Below, one piece after another: positions 1-9,544 of a DNA stretch of 63,918 nt; within the stretch, counting starts at the first letter, position 1, and each line of letters begins with the position of its first letter. This DNA is from Phycisphaerales bacterium (GTDB lineage: Bacteria; Planctomycetota; Phycisphaerae; SM23-33). The notes beneath the pieces were generated by a model that ran no database searches, was not told where the DNA came from, and saw only the letters and a program-made list of their open reading frames with translations. The stretch covers positions 9,843-73,760 of the forward strand of contig DNAS01000072.1 in NCBI GenBank assembly GCA_003485185.1. The letters are read 5' to 3'. Both the position numbers and the translations under genes were made by a program.

Positions 1-1182
1 CTGCTGCTCTCCCCGCTGGCGCTGCTGCCGGTCTGGGCGATGGCGCTGGCGTGGAACCTGCTGAAGCTGGCGGTGCTGGCGGCAAGCATCCTCGGCGCCG
101 CGTGCCTGGCGGCGCACCGCGACCGCCGCACGTCCGACTGGGTGATCGGGCTGGCCCTGCTGTGGGGCGCGCTGCTGGTCATCGGCGACATCCAGCACGG
201 AAACACCAACGTCTTCGTCCTCGGCGCGATCGTGTTGCACCTCTGGGCGTACCGGCGCGGGCACGACTTTCTGGCCGGGGCGCCGCTGGCGCTGGCGATC
301 TGCCTGAAAATGACCCCCGCCCTGTTTCTGCTCTACTGGCTGTACCAGCGGAACTGGAAACTGCTGGCCGGGACCGCCGTCTTCGGCGTGCTGCTGGTCG
401 TCGCGCTGCCCTGGGCGGTCCTGACCGCCGCCTTCGGGCCGGGGCACTTCGTCGCCCTCGCGGGCACCTGGCTGAACCAGCTCATCGTTCCCGGGCTGCT
501 CAAGGGCGCGTGGTACCCCGTGCACATCAACCAGTCGATCCCCGGCGTGTTCAGCCGGTACTTCCTGACCGGGCCCAATGGCGACATCTTCTGGAACCCC
601 GACGATTGGAGCTACGAGGCGTTCCGGGCGTCGGGCAAGCCCAGCGGATGGATCACCGTCGCGGCGCTGTCGCCCGCGACGGTCAAGTGGATGATCCGGG
701 CGGCGCAGGCGCTCGTCGTGCTGCTGGCCGGCTGGGCCATCGGCTGGCGAAAACTCCCGCGCGACGACGGGCGGCGCGCCCTGCACTACGGGCTGGTGCT
801 GCTGGGCATGATGCTGCTGAACCAGCGGACGTGGGACCATCACGCAGCCGTGCTGCTGCCCATGTACGTCGCCGTTTGGCACGCGCTGGGATACGGGCGG
901 ATGACCCGGGCCGCGCGGATCGCCGCGCTGGCGCTGGTGCTGGCGGCCGGGCCGCTGGTCTGGCTGAGCGGGACGGGCTTCGCCAAGCTCGCCGCCGTCC
1001 TGTCCGGGCACGCCCTGCATAAGGGCGACCACTGGGCGGACCTCGCCGACGCCTACGGGCCCACCTGCCTGCACTTCCTGTTGATGTTCGCGGCGACGGT
1101 CGTGCTGGCCGCGACGCTCCGAAAGTCCGACGCACCCTACGCCGACCGCCGACAACCTCTCCGCGCGCGGGGAAACTCGTAG
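1..1182 (+). CDS. Polytopic membrane glycosyltransferase, GT87/DUF2029-like; 5' end lies outside the window
   Basis: Frame 1 is open from nt 1 (LLLSPLALLPVW precedes the ATG at 40) to TAG 1180-1182. Many hydrophobic spans. HGNTNVFVLG and CLKMTPALFLLYWLYQ resemble DUF2029/PimE-type mannosyltransferases. Confidence 0.55.
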   Translation: MLLSPLALLPVWAMALAWNLLKLAVLAASILGAACLAAHRDRRTSDWVIGLALLWGALLVIGDIQHGNTNVFVLGAIVLHLWAYRRGHDFLAGAPLALAICLKMTPALFLLYWLYQRNWKLLAGTAVFGVLLVVALPWAVLTAAFGPGHFVALAGTWLNQLIVPGLLKGAWYPVHINQSIPGVFSRYFLTGPNGDIFWNPDDWSYEAFRASGKPSGWITVAALSPATVKWMIRAAQALVVLLAGWAIGWRKLPRDDGRRALHYGLVLLGMMLLNQRTWDHHAAVLLPMYVAVWHALGYGRMTRAARIAALALVLAAGPLVWLSGTGFAKLAAVLSGHALHKGDHWADLADAYGPTCLHFLLMFAATVVLAATLRKSDAPYADRRQPLRARGNS

Positions 1183-1189
1183 TCAGTAG

Positions 1190-1287
1190 CCCGTCGGGTG
1201 GCACGGCTTGCGAGCAAGCCGTGTTCTCGAATTGGGAAACAGGTGATCGAACACGGGCTGCAAGCAGCCCGTGCCACCCCCTACGGG
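1190..1287. repeat. GGTGGCAC/GTGCCACC double-hairpin palindromic element, copy B1
   Basis: Outer inverted repeat cccgtcGGGTGGCAC ... GTGCCACCCcctacggg encloses two perfect 22-nt hairpins: 1202-1223 cacggcttgc-ga-gcaagccgtg and 1252-1273 cacgggctgc-aa-gcagcccgtg. Lies between convergent genes. Confidence 0.85.
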
Positions 1288-1383
1288 ACGAAGCAACCAC
1301 GCGGAGTTGCAACTACGCCGAACTGCAAACCGTTCGAAGCTCTTCCTCCGCCCTTCGCAACAATTCTATTGTTGCAGGTGCGC

Positions 1384-3837
1384 TTACGCGTCGGAGGAAT
1401 CCATCGGCTCGGGGCGGGGTTTGTCGTCGGCCGGAGGGGCCTTCCCGTTGGCGCGGGCCTGTGCCCGCTCGCGGTCGCGCTCCGCCGCCGAGGGCCGCTG
1501 CCCCGCCGGCGTGGGGTAGGCGATCCGTCCGTGGTACATGCTGCAGAGGCTCTTGACCAGCGACGCCTCGATGCGGTGCACCTCCGCCAGCGTCAGCTCG
1601 CACTCGTCGAGCTGCCCGTCCATCAGGCGGCGGGTGACCATCGCGTGCACCTGGTTCTCGATGCGTCCGGGCGTCGGCTCGGTCATGGAGCGCACGCTGG
1701 ACTCGGAGGCATCGGCGAGCATGAGGATGGCCGCCTCCTTCGAGCGGGGCTTGGGCCCGGGGTAGCGGAACTCCACCTCATCGGGGGCGCGTTCGGAGTC
1801 GGCCTTGCGCTGCACCGCGGCCGCGTGGTAGAAGTACTGCACCAGCGTCGTGCCGTGATGCGTCGAGATGAATTCCCAGAGCGTCCGCGGCAGGTTATAC
1901 TCGCGCGCCAGCTCCAGTCCGTCCTTGACGTGCCCGGTGATGATCAGCAGGCTCATCGCGGGCGACAGTTTGGAGTGCTTCGAGGGCGAATCGAGCTGGT
2001 TTTCGACGAAGTAGGCGGGCTTGTGGCTTTTCCCGATGTCGTGGTAGTACGCGCCGACGCGTGCGCGGAGCCCGCGCGCGCCGATGGCGTCGGCCGCCGC
2101 CTCGCACATCGAGCCGAGCTGGAGCGAGTGGTTGTAGGTCCCGGGCGCCTCCATCGCCAATCGCCGCAGCAACGGCTTGGACGCGTCGCACCATTCCAGC
2201 AGCGTCATGCTCGTGGCGATGTCGAACATCCGTTCGATGACCGGAAGCACGCCCTGGACGAGGAACCCCGCCAGGAGGGCGAACCCCGCGCCCCACGCGC
2301 TGTCGATCAGGGCGAAGCGGAGCGGAATGTTCGCCGACAGCGCCGACGTCCAGACCACCACGAACACCCCCCCCGCCGCGATGGCCGACACCTCCACCAG
2401 CTTGGTGCGCGTGCGGATCTCCCGCAGGGGGAACACCCCGCCGGCCACCGCCGCGCCCAGCGTCAGCAGCATCCAGAGATCCCCGCGAAGCTGGAGCACC
2501 GTCAGCGCCGCCAGCATCACAGTGACCGCCAGCGCGAAGCGCTGGTCGTAGGCGATGGCGAAGACGATGGCTGCCATCAGCACCGGAAGGACCGCGGCGT
2601 AGGGCGTGCCGAAGATGGGGGCCATGGCCTTGGCGGCTGCCAGCATCGTCAGCAGGACCACCGCCACCGCGAACCCGCGCCAGTGGTTGCGCACGATCCG
2701 CGCCTGGTAGTGCCCCACGTAGAACGCCAGCAGCGCCGCCAGCAGCACGACGATGACCGCCCTGCCCGCGACGTGCCGCCAGAGGCGCCACGGGCGCGAA
2801 TGCAGTTCCTGCTCCACGTAGGCGCGGTGCTCGGCCTGGAGACGCTCCAGTTCGCCGGGCTCGAGCCCCTCGACCGTCTCGCCCTGGGGCCCTTCTTGCC
2901 GGCTGGCGCGGGCGATGAGCTGCCCCGCCTCGTAGGTCGCCTGGGGCGGGTCGGCCCGCAGCGCCTCCATGGCGCGGTCGATCTCGCGCGCGGTCACCGT
3001 CGCGTCATACTGGTAGAGCGGCAGGTCTTTCTGGATGGTTCCCGTCAGGTACGCCAGGACGTTCCGCCGCAGCGACGGGTCAAAGACGGACACGGCGTTG
3101 CGGAGCGCCTCGGCGACTTTCTCGTCGTCGTCGAGCCCGATCAGGGCGGCAGGCGAGACCGTGCGGACCGGCGCGCCCGCGCCGGAAACCAGGCGGATTT
3201 CGCGGGGTTGGCGCCAGACGCGCTGCCCGGACAGATCGCTCGCGGTCACCAGCAGTGCCTGGGAAAGCCCCTGGGCAAACTGCTGCACGGCCGCGTCGAA
3301 CGGGCCGCGCAGCGTGGGCGAGGCGAAGGCGGACCAGGCGGCGATGTCGTCGTCGGTGAGGGCGAATTGGCGGACGAGATCGGCGGGCGGCGCGGGTTGG
3401 CTGGCGACGGGCTGGGTGGCGGCGGGTTGCGTTCCGGCCGGGGCGCTGGCAGGCTGGCTTGCCGGAGGCGACAGGCGCGCCGGAAGCTTCCGCACCTCCG
3501 ACGCCACCTGCTCCACCAACGCCGCGTTCAGCGTGAACGTCGCGGGCGTCGTGTTGCGCACCGCGCGCTCGGCGTCCTCCAGCAGTTTCGGCGAGGGCAG
3601 GCGGAACGACACCCGCGCGTGGATGTCGCGCGGGACGTACTGCCCGATGCGGTACGGGAACGGCGCGACCGGCCAGACGTCCATCACCACCGCGCCCGCG
3701 GCGAACAGCAGCGCGATCAGCACCGAGCCGACCCCGCCGACCTGTCGGAACCGCTGCCAGCGCGACTCCCCGCCCGCGCGAATCGTCTTGCGGACCTCCG
3801 CGCGGCGAGGACTGACTTTTTTCCGGAGCGGCCACAT
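1384..3837 (-). CDS. pgpH: 7TM-receptor HD-domain phosphohydrolase (PgpH/YqfF family, c-di-AMP phosphodiesterase-like)
   Basis: Large extracytoplasmic N-terminal region, a 7-TM block and a C-terminal HD domain (YYHDIGK, THHG). Immediately downstream of phoH, as in phoH-yqfF operons. I start it at ATG 3837, because the GTG-3885 extension runs through an ATTGCGG repeat block. Confidence 0.85.
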   Translation of the reverse strand: MWPLRKKVSPRRAEVRKTIRAGGESRWQRFRQVGGVGSVLIALLFAAGAVVMDVWPVAPFPYRIGQYVPRDIHARVSFRLPSPKLLEDAERAVRNTTPATFTLNAALVEQVASEVRKLPARLSPPASQPASAPAGTQPAATQPVASQPAPPADLVRQFALTDDDIAAWSAFASPTLRGPFDAAVQQFAQGLSQALLVTASDLSGQRVWRQPREIRLVSGAGAPVRTVSPAALIGLDDDEKVAEALRNAVSVFDPSLRRNVLAYLTGTIQKDLPLYQYDATVTAREIDRAMEALRADPPQATYEAGQLIARASRQEGPQGETVEGLEPGELERLQAEHRAYVEQELHSRPWRLWRHVAGRAVIVVLLAALLAFYVGHYQARIVRNHWRGFAVAVVLLTMLAAAKAMAPIFGTPYAAVLPVLMAAIVFAIAYDQRFALAVTVMLAALTVLQLRGDLWMLLTLGAAVAGGVFPLREIRTRTKLVEVSAIAAGGVFVVVWTSALSANIPLRFALIDSAWGAGFALLAGFLVQGVLPVIERMFDIATSMTLLEWCDASKPLLRRLAMEAPGTYNHSLQLGSMCEAAADAIGARGLRARVGAYYHDIGKSHKPAYFVENQLDSPSKHSKLSPAMSLLIITGHVKDGLELAREYNLPRTLWEFISTHHGTTLVQYFYHAAAVQRKADSERAPDEVEFRYPGPKPRSKEAAILMLADASESSVRSMTEPTPGRIENQVHAMVTRRLMDGQLDECELTLAEVHRIEASLVKSLCSMYHGRIAYPTPAGQRPSAAERDRERAQARANGKAPPADDKPRPEPMDSSDA

Positions 3838-3847
3838 AAGCGACGTC

Positions 3848-3880
3848 CAATTGCGGATTGTGGATTGCGGATTTCCGCGC
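3848..3880. repeat. Low-complexity intergenic word block (ATTGCGGATTG type), D1
   Basis: Sequence is caattgcggattgtggattgcggatttccgcgc. The 14-mer attgcggattgtgg (3850-3863) recurs inverted at 59496-59509. Confidence 0.8.
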
Positions 3881-3980
3881 AACACACATCGAACTCTTAC
3901 GGCGATCCAATCATCCGCATCGTCTTATCAATCGGCAATATACGACAACAGAATGAGTTGCGAGCAAAAGGGAGAAATCG

Positions 3981-4934
3981 TCAATTGCCGTCTTCGGACG
4001 GCTTGCCGTTTCGCGCGTACGCCTCGACGATGTTCTGCACCAGGCGGTGGCGGACGATGTCGCCCTTGTCCAGGCGCACGAACGCCAGCCCGCGGATTCC
4101 GCTGAGGCGCGCGCGGGCGTCCAGCAGCCCGCTCCGCACGCCGGGTTCGAGGTCCACCTGGCTGTCGTCGCCGGTGACGATCATCTTCGAACCGTGCCCC
4201 ATCCGCGTCAGGAACATCAGCATCTGCGCCGCCGTCGTGTTCTGCGCCTCGTCTAGGATCACCACCGAATCGTTCAGCGTCCGCCCGCGCATGAACGCCA
4301 GCGGGATCACCTCGATCAGGTCGTTGACCATGAAGCGCCGGATCTGCTCGTAGTCCATCATGTCGTGCAGGGCGTCGAACAGCGGGCGCAAGTAGGGGTT
4401 GACCTTCGCCTGCATGTCGCCCGGAAGGAAGCCGAGTTTCTCGCCGGCCTCCACGGCAGGACGCACCAGGATCAGGCGCTTGGCCAGGCCGTGCTTGAGC
4501 ATGTTCACCGCGACGGCGACGGCGAGATACGTTTTTCCCGTCCCGGCCGGGCCCATGCAGAACACCAGGTCGTTTCCGCGCACCGCCTCCAGGTAGCGCT
4601 GCTGACCGGGCGTCTTGGCGCGGATGGTGGTTCCGGCGGCGTAGACGTCCAACACGTCGGGATCCGCCTGTTCGGCGGCGCCGGCGGCCGTGCTGATCGC
4701 CTCGGCCACCACGGCCGAATCCACCGGGCGGTTGTGACGGATCGCCCGCTGGAGATTCTCCAGGACGGCCGCGGCGCGGGAGACGTTCTCTGCCGAGCCC
4801 GTCACCTTCACCTGCCCGCCCCGCGCGAAAATCTGCACGCCCAGCGCCTCGCGGATCATCCGCAAGTGACTGTCCGCCGGGCCGAACAACACGCCCCGCC
4901 GCTGCGGCTCTTCCAACGATAGGCTCAGTTCCAC
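3981..4934 (-). CDS. phoH: PhoH-like ATPase
   Basis: GTG start at 4934. Walker A GPAGTGKTYLAVA and ILDEAQNTT box. A minus-strand TATAAT lies at 4976-4981, with GGAGAA upstream of the start. Confidence 0.9.
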   Translation of the reverse strand: MELSLSLEEPQRRGVLFGPADSHLRMIREALGVQIFARGGQVKVTGSAENVSRAAAVLENLQRAIRHNRPVDSAVVAEAISTAAGAAEQADPDVLDVYAAGTTIRAKTPGQQRYLEAVRGNDLVFCMGPAGTGKTYLAVAVAVNMLKHGLAKRLILVRPAVEAGEKLGFLPGDMQAKVNPYLRPLFDALHDMMDYEQIRRFMVNDLIEVIPLAFMRGRTLNDSVVILDEAQNTTAAQMLMFLTRMGHGSKMIVTGDDSQVDLEPGVRSGLLDARARLSGIRGLAFVRLDKGDIVRHRLVQNIVEAYARNGKPSEDGN

Positions 4935-5060
4935 GAGTCTTCCCGTTCTCCGCTGGTCACGAATCGTATACGGGCATTATACCTCTTGCGAGGAAGGCCT
5001 CGCCAGAGCGAAGACCGCGGGACCGGGAACCGGTCTTCCGGTCTTCCGTCCTCGGTCTGT

Positions 5061-5097
5061 AAAAAAAGCGAGGCGTCCCCTTGGGGGGACGCCTCGC
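5061..5097 (-). terminator. Rho-independent terminator of the prepilin-like gene
   Basis: 13-bp GC-rich stem gcgaggcgtcccc / ggggacgcctcgc with a 4-nt loop, followed on the minus strand by TTTTTTT (plus-strand A-run 5061-5067). Confidence 0.8.
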
Positions 5098-5133
5098 GTG
5101 CTCGTCAGAACGATGCTGCCGTGTGCGGCAAAA

Positions 5134-5925
5134 TTACTTGCACGGGCCGAACAGGAAGCTGTCTTCGGCCTTGGTGTGGTTGGCGACGGTCGTGGTGACC
5201 GAAGCCCGCCAACCGCTCTCGGTGTCGCCGCCGGAAGAGTAGATGCAGTCCTTGCTCTTGCCGATGTCGGCGCGCTTGTCGTTGCCCACGCTGGAATCGC
5301 CGCGCAGGAAGTTGATGTACTCGCCAGCCGTGTGGTTCTGGCTCATGCTCTTCTTGGCGTTGTCGGTGCTGATGGTGTCCGACCAGGCCACGAGCGTGTT
5401 GCCCGAGTAGGTGGGCGTCTTGTCGGCCATGATGATGACGCCTTCGCTGGCGCTGGTCAGGCCGTTGGTCGCCGGCGTGCCGTTGATCGGCGACTGGAGG
5501 GAGTAGCTGACGTTCGTGTCCTTCTCGAAATCCCAGTGGTAGTTGCCGCTCGTGTCCTTGACGTTCTCGTCGGGGGTGGCGGTGTCCGACGGGCAGACGA
5601 ACAGCTTGGACGACTGGTTGCCGCGGACGAGCATGAACATCAGGGCCGTGATGCTGCGGTCGCTGATGGTCGAGGTCGGGGCGGTGGTCCGGCCGGTGCC
5701 GGTCACCGACGTCCAGGTCTGCCCGTTGATCCACGGCCAGGCGTCGTTGCTCTCGGCGCGGTACATGGCGTAGCCCTTGCCGAGGCCGTTGAGGTTCGCC
5801 GCGCAGACGGCGCGTTTGCCCAGCTCGCGAGCCCGTCCGAGGCTCGGCAGGAGGATCGACACCAGCAGGGCGATGATGGCGATCACGACCAACAGCTCAA
5901 TCAGGGTAAAACCTTTCCTTCTCAT
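5134..5925 (-). CDS. Prepilin-type N-terminal cleavage/methylation domain protein (pseudopilin-like)
   Basis: ATG 5925 is preceded by AGGAG. The N-terminus [27 protein letters not shown] is the type IV pilin-like signal. The 71-codon upstream extension in the ORF track is rejected. Confidence 0.8.
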   Translation of the reverse strand: MRRKGFTLIELLVVIAIIALLVSILLPSLGRARELGKRAVCAANLNGLGKGYAMYRAESNDAWPWINGQTWTSVTGTGRTTAPTSTISDRSITALMFMLVRGNQSSKLFVCPSDTATPDENVKDTSGNYHWDFEKDTNVSYSLQSPINGTPATNGLTSASEGVIIMADKTPTYSGNTLVAWSDTISTDNAKKSMSQNHTAGEYINFLRGDSSVGNDKRADIGKSKDCIYSSGGDTESGWRASVTTTVANHTKAEDSFLFGPCK

Positions 5926-6526
5926 TGCGGACACTCCTTGTAAAATCACCCGTTCACATCGGACCCACGGCGTGTCCCGCCAGGCGCCTGGAAAGGAACA
6001 ATCAATTAGTTCGGTTCTTCGCAGCGTGCCTGTCGGGGCATTCGGATGGGGTCGGCCCACGCAGCCGCCCCGGGATAACAGATCCATCCGCCTGGCGCCC
6101 GCGCGCCAGGGCCGGAAACTTCGCATAAGGGAGATCAAATGTCAATATCGAGAGTCGCGAAAGAAAAATGTCAAGCCGCGGCGGAGGAAACGACGCTGCA
6201 AGCGGTTTCCCGCGATCCGAGATCGCTGGAATGCGTATACCGCACCTTGCGCACAGATACCATCCAGCGCTGCGGCCGCGGCATGAACAACGGGAGGGTG
6301 TGTCCCTGATCGAAACGTTATGAGATTGATGAGGGCAGCCACAATGCCACCCCGTCACCCATACCGCACCTATTAATGGTATCTTTTCCGTCTCGGGGGT
6401 GTCAATAGAATACCCGAAGGAATTTTTTGGACAGCAGGCGAGAGGCGAAAGGCTACAGGCTTCAGGAACAGCTTGCTCGTGGCGCCCTGAAGCCTGAGGC
6501 CTGACGCCTGATGTTCGGGCTGGGCA

Positions 6527-6555
6527 TTGACAGCGCGGGCGGGCGAACCTAGTCT
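6527..6555 (+). promoter_or_regulatory. Candidate sigma70-type promoter (TTGACA-N17-TAGTCT)
   Basis: TTGACA at 6527-6532, a 17-nt spacer and TAGTCT at 6550-6555, about 145 nt upstream of the UDP-sugar pyrophosphorylase start. Confidence 0.35.
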
Positions 6556-6592
6556 GTGACACTGCGCCCCGCACGGGCCCTGAAAAACCGTC

Positions 6593-6656
6593 CACGAATT
6601 TCACGAAAAAAGATTCCGCCTGCCGCGGTCTTTGCTTTTCCTTCGTGAAATTCGTG
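6593..6656. repeat. 15-bp perfect inverted repeat (CACGAATTTCACGAA / TTCGTGAAATTCGTG), word family E
   Basis: Arms at 6593-6607 and 6642-6656 with a 34-nt loop, inside the putative 5' UTR of the downstream gene. The same TCCACGAAT/TTCACGAA words occur at 41586-41610. Confidence 0.75.
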
Positions 6657-6698
6657 TAATTCGTGGAAAATGCTTTTCCCCAACAGGGAGACCGATTC

Positions 6699-8150
6699 AT
6701 GTCCGACGTGAACGCCGTTCGCAAGGAACTCCAGGCCCACGGGCAGGAACACCTGCTGCGGTTCCATGACGAGCTGGACGAACCCGGGCGCAAGGCGCTG
6801 CTGGAGCAGATCGAGACGCTGGACCTGGCGGAACTGGACGAGCTGGTGGAGCGGTGCGTGCGGCGCAAGCCCGACTACGTTCCGAGCGGGGAGATTCTGC
6901 CTCCGGAAATCGTTTCTCCGCGGTCGGCCGACGCGGCCGGACAGGCCGAACTGGACAAGGCGCGGGCGCGGGGAGAGAAGCTGATTTCCCAGGGGAAGGT
7001 GGCGGCGTTCGTGGTGGCGGGCGGACAGGGCACGCGCCTGGGCTACGAAGGTCCCAAGGGGTGCCTGGAAGCGACGCCCGTCGTGCACAAGCCGCTGTTC
7101 CAGGTGTTCGCGGAGCAGATTCTCGCGGCGAGGAAGCGCGGCGGCAGGCCCGTGCCGTGGTACATCATGACCAGCCCCGCCAACGACGTAGTCACCCGCG
7201 CGTTCTTCCGCCAGAAGAATTATTTCGGCATGGACCCGAAGGACGTGATGTTCTTCGCGCAGGGGACGATGCCGGCGCTGTCGGCCGACGGGAAGGTCCT
7301 GCTGACCGACCAGGGCAACCTGGCGCTGAGCCCCAACGGGCACGGGGGCAGCCTGCTGGCGCTCCGCAAGAGCGGCGCGCTGGAGGACATGGCGAGGCGC
7401 GGAGTGGAGTACGTCAGCTACTTCCAGGTGGACAACCCGCTGGTGCGGTGCGTGGACCCGCTGTTCGTGGGCCTGCACGCCCTGCGCAAGGCGGAGATGA
7501 GCGCTAAGGCGCTTCCGAAGCGCGACCCGATGGAGAAGCTGGGCAACTTCTGCCTGGTCGACGGGAAGGTGCAGGTCATCGAGTATTCGGACATGCCGGA
7601 GGAGCTGGCGCGGCAGTGCGGTCCGGACGGGCGGTTGCGGTTCAGCGCGGGAAGCATCGCCATTCACGTGTTCTCGCGGTCATTCGTGGAGCGCCTGACG
7701 GCGGGCGGGCGCTGCAAGCTGCCCTACCACCGCGCGGACAAGAAGGTTCCCTGCGTGGACGAGACGGGCGCGACGGTCAAGCCCGAGACGCCCAACGCGG
7801 TGAAGCTGGAGATGTTCGTCTTCGACGCGATGCCGCTGGCCGAGCGCACGGTGATTTTGGAGACGCGGCGGAGCGAGGAGTTCAGCCCGATCAAGAACGC
7901 CACGGGGGAGGACAGCCTGACCAGCAGCCTGCACGACCAGGTGCGTCGGGCGGCGGCCTGGCTGGAGGCGGCGGGCGTGGCCGTGCCGCGCGACGCCGAC
8001 GGGCAGGTGGCGGCCGCGATCGAAATCTCGCCGCTGTTCGCCGACTCGGCCGAGGAACTGAAGCGCAAGGCCGACCCGAAGCTCGAGATTCCCGTCGGCG
8101 GGACGGTGTATATCGGCTCGCGCGGGCAGACCGGCACGATGAAGAAATGA
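6699..8150 (+). CDS. Eukaryote-type UDP-N-acetylglucosamine/UDP-sugar pyrophosphorylase (UAP1/AGX family)
   Basis: AGGQGTRLGYEGPKG nucleotide loop, LLRFHDELD N-terminal helix and a length near 480 aa. ATG 6699 has GGGAGA 8 nt upstream; the ORF track starts at GTG 6663. Confidence 0.8.
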   Translation: MSDVNAVRKELQAHGQEHLLRFHDELDEPGRKALLEQIETLDLAELDELVERCVRRKPDYVPSGEILPPEIVSPRSADAAGQAELDKARARGEKLISQGKVAAFVVAGGQGTRLGYEGPKGCLEATPVVHKPLFQVFAEQILAARKRGGRPVPWYIMTSPANDVVTRAFFRQKNYFGMDPKDVMFFAQGTMPALSADGKVLLTDQGNLALSPNGHGGSLLALRKSGALEDMARRGVEYVSYFQVDNPLVRCVDPLFVGLHALRKAEMSAKALPKRDPMEKLGNFCLVDGKVQVIEYSDMPEELARQCGPDGRLRFSAGSIAIHVFSRSFVERLTAGGRCKLPYHRADKKVPCVDETGATVKPETPNAVKLEMFVFDAMPLAERTVILETRRSEEFSPIKNATGEDSLTSSLHDQVRRAAAWLEAAGVAVPRDADGQVAAAIEISPLFADSAEELKRKADPKLEIPVGGTVYIGSRGQTGTMKK

Positions 8151-8220
8151 GCGAATCTCAAATTTGAAATTTCAGATTCGAGATTTCAAATTCGCGACTC
8201 GCAATCCGCGATTCGTAATG
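8151..8220. repeat. Low-complexity AT-richer word block (AATCTCAAATTTGAAATTTCAGATTC ... CGCAATCCGCGATTCG), D2
   Basis: Imperfect palindrome gaatctcaaattt-g-aaatttcagattc followed by aatccgcg words. Fills the gap between two + strand genes and shares aatctcaaat with 62795-62876. Confidence 0.75.
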
Positions 8221-8259
8221 GGTGTTCCGGTTGCGTTTCTTGCGCGATAGGAGCCAGGC

Positions 8260-9114
8260 ATGTCCAAATCCCCTGTGCATCTTCTGGTGATCGCGAACTT
8301 CGCCAAGCCGGGCGTCCGGGAGCAGGTGGACCGTCTGCGTCCGTGGTTCGCCCAGCGGGTGGCGGAGGTGTCGGTGGCGTCCGTGGGCGAGGCGGTGGGT
8401 TCTGCCGCGGACACGGCCGAGTTGTGCGTGGTGCTCGGCGGCGACGGTACGCTGCTGTGGGCGGCGCGGGCCCTGGCGGCGCGGGGCGTTCCGCTGCTGG
8501 GCGTGAACATGGGCAAGCTGGGCTTCCTGGCCGACTACAGCGTGGAGCACATGCAGAAGCACTTCGACGACGTGGTGGGCGGGCGGATCGCGCCGACGGA
8601 GCGGATGATGCTGTCGGTGCGCGTCGGCGACGGCGGGGAGGCGCGGTTCTGCTCGCCGGCCGCCAATGACGCCGCCATCTGCGCCGGCGAACCGTTCCGC
8701 ATGATCGACCTGGACGTGCAGCAGGGCGAGCACTGCGTGGCGGAATATTTCGGCGACGGGCTGGTCGTCTCCACGCCGGCAGGCTCAACCGCCTACAACA
8801 TGTCGGCGGGCGGTCCGATCCTGGAACCGACGCTGGACGCGGTGGCCATCACCCCCATCGCGCCGCACAGCCTGTCGCAGCGCCCGATCGTCGTCCGCAG
8901 CGACCCGCCGATCCGCATCACTGCCTCGCGCATCAACGAGGGGACGGCGCTGATCGTCGACGGGCAGGTTCCCGTCCCGCTGCGGGCGGGGGACGTGGTG
9001 GAAATCCACCGGCACGACCAGCCGATGCGCATCGTCCCGCACCCCGGGCACAGTTTCTTCTCCACGCTGGCCAACAAGCTCCAGTGGGGCCGCTCGCCGC
9101 ACCGGAGCGGATAG
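8260..9114 (+). CDS. nadK: NAD kinase
   Basis: GGDGTLL and NMGKLGFL motifs. ATG is preceded by TAGGAG. Confidence 0.9.
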   Translation: MSKSPVHLLVIANFAKPGVREQVDRLRPWFAQRVAEVSVASVGEAVGSAADTAELCVVLGGDGTLLWAARALAARGVPLLGVNMGKLGFLADYSVEHMQKHFDDVVGGRIAPTERMMLSVRVGDGGEARFCSPAANDAAICAGEPFRMIDLDVQQGEHCVAEYFGDGLVVSTPAGSTAYNMSAGGPILEPTLDAVAITPIAPHSLSQRPIVVRSDPPIRITASRINEGTALIVDGQVPVPLRAGDVVEIHRHDQPMRIVPHPGHSFFSTLANKLQWGRSPHRSG

Positions 9115-9142
9115 GGGAAAGGCCAGAGGGCGAAGGCCGAAG
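9114..9142 (+). repeat. GGGGAAAGGCCAGAGGGCGAAGGCCGAAG word block C1, starting at the G of the nadK TAG stop
   Basis: 27/28 identical to the reverse complement of 25349-25376. Same word set as the inverted tandem block 9545-9620. Confidence 0.85.
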
Positions 9143-9163
9143 AAAAAATAAAGGGGAGAAGGC

Positions 9164-9538
9164 ATGGCAGCGATCGAGAGCTTTCGTGACCTGATTGCCT
9201 GGCAGAAAGGGATGTTCCTCGCTGAAAAGATTTACCGGGCCACCGAGAATTTTCCCCGGCGAGAGCAATTCGGATTGGCCATGCAACTGCGGAAAGCGGC
9301 TGTGAGTGTGCCTTCCAACATCGCCGAGGGTTTCGGGCGGTACAGCCGGGCGGATTACCTTCATTTTCTCAACATCGCCCGGGGAAGTCTCAACGAGGTC
9401 CAGACGCAGATCGAGATCGCGGAACGCGTCGGAGTGATTTCCGGAGAAATCCCGTGCGAACTCCAGGCCCTTGCCCTGGAAACGGCGCGGGTGCTCAAGG
9501 GGCTGATCAACGGCCTGCGCAACAAGGGCTCGTCCTGA
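9164..9538 (+). CDS. Four-helix-bundle protein (23S rRNA intervening-sequence protein / Avd-like family)
   Basis: FRDLIAWQK, VPSNIAEGFGR and ARGSLNEVQTQ motifs typical of the TIGR02436-type family. GGGGAGAAGG RBS. Confidence 0.85.
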   Translation: MAAIESFRDLIAWQKGMFLAEKIYRATENFPRREQFGLAMQLRKAAVSVPSNIAEGFGRYSRADYLHFLNIARGSLNEVQTQIEIAERVGVISGEIPCELQALALETARVLKGLINGLRNKGSS

Positions 9539-9544
9539 GCCGGT

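Noticed and set aside
1198-4353. 1051-codon plus-strand ORF, the longest ORF in this part of the track
   Set aside because: It is entirely antisense to the well-supported pgpH and phoH genes. Its composition is Arg/Gly/Pro/Ala-rich and low in complexity, with no recognisable motifs. This is a typical shadow ORF of a GC-rich genome.
5926-6138. 71-codon upstream extension of the prepilin-like ORF; also the 16-codon extension of pgpH (3838-3885) and the 76-codon extension of GH130 (17412-17639)
   Set aside because: The prepilin signal peptide must be N-terminal and is preceded by AGGAG. The other extensions run through intergenic repeat blocks and have non-coding-like composition.
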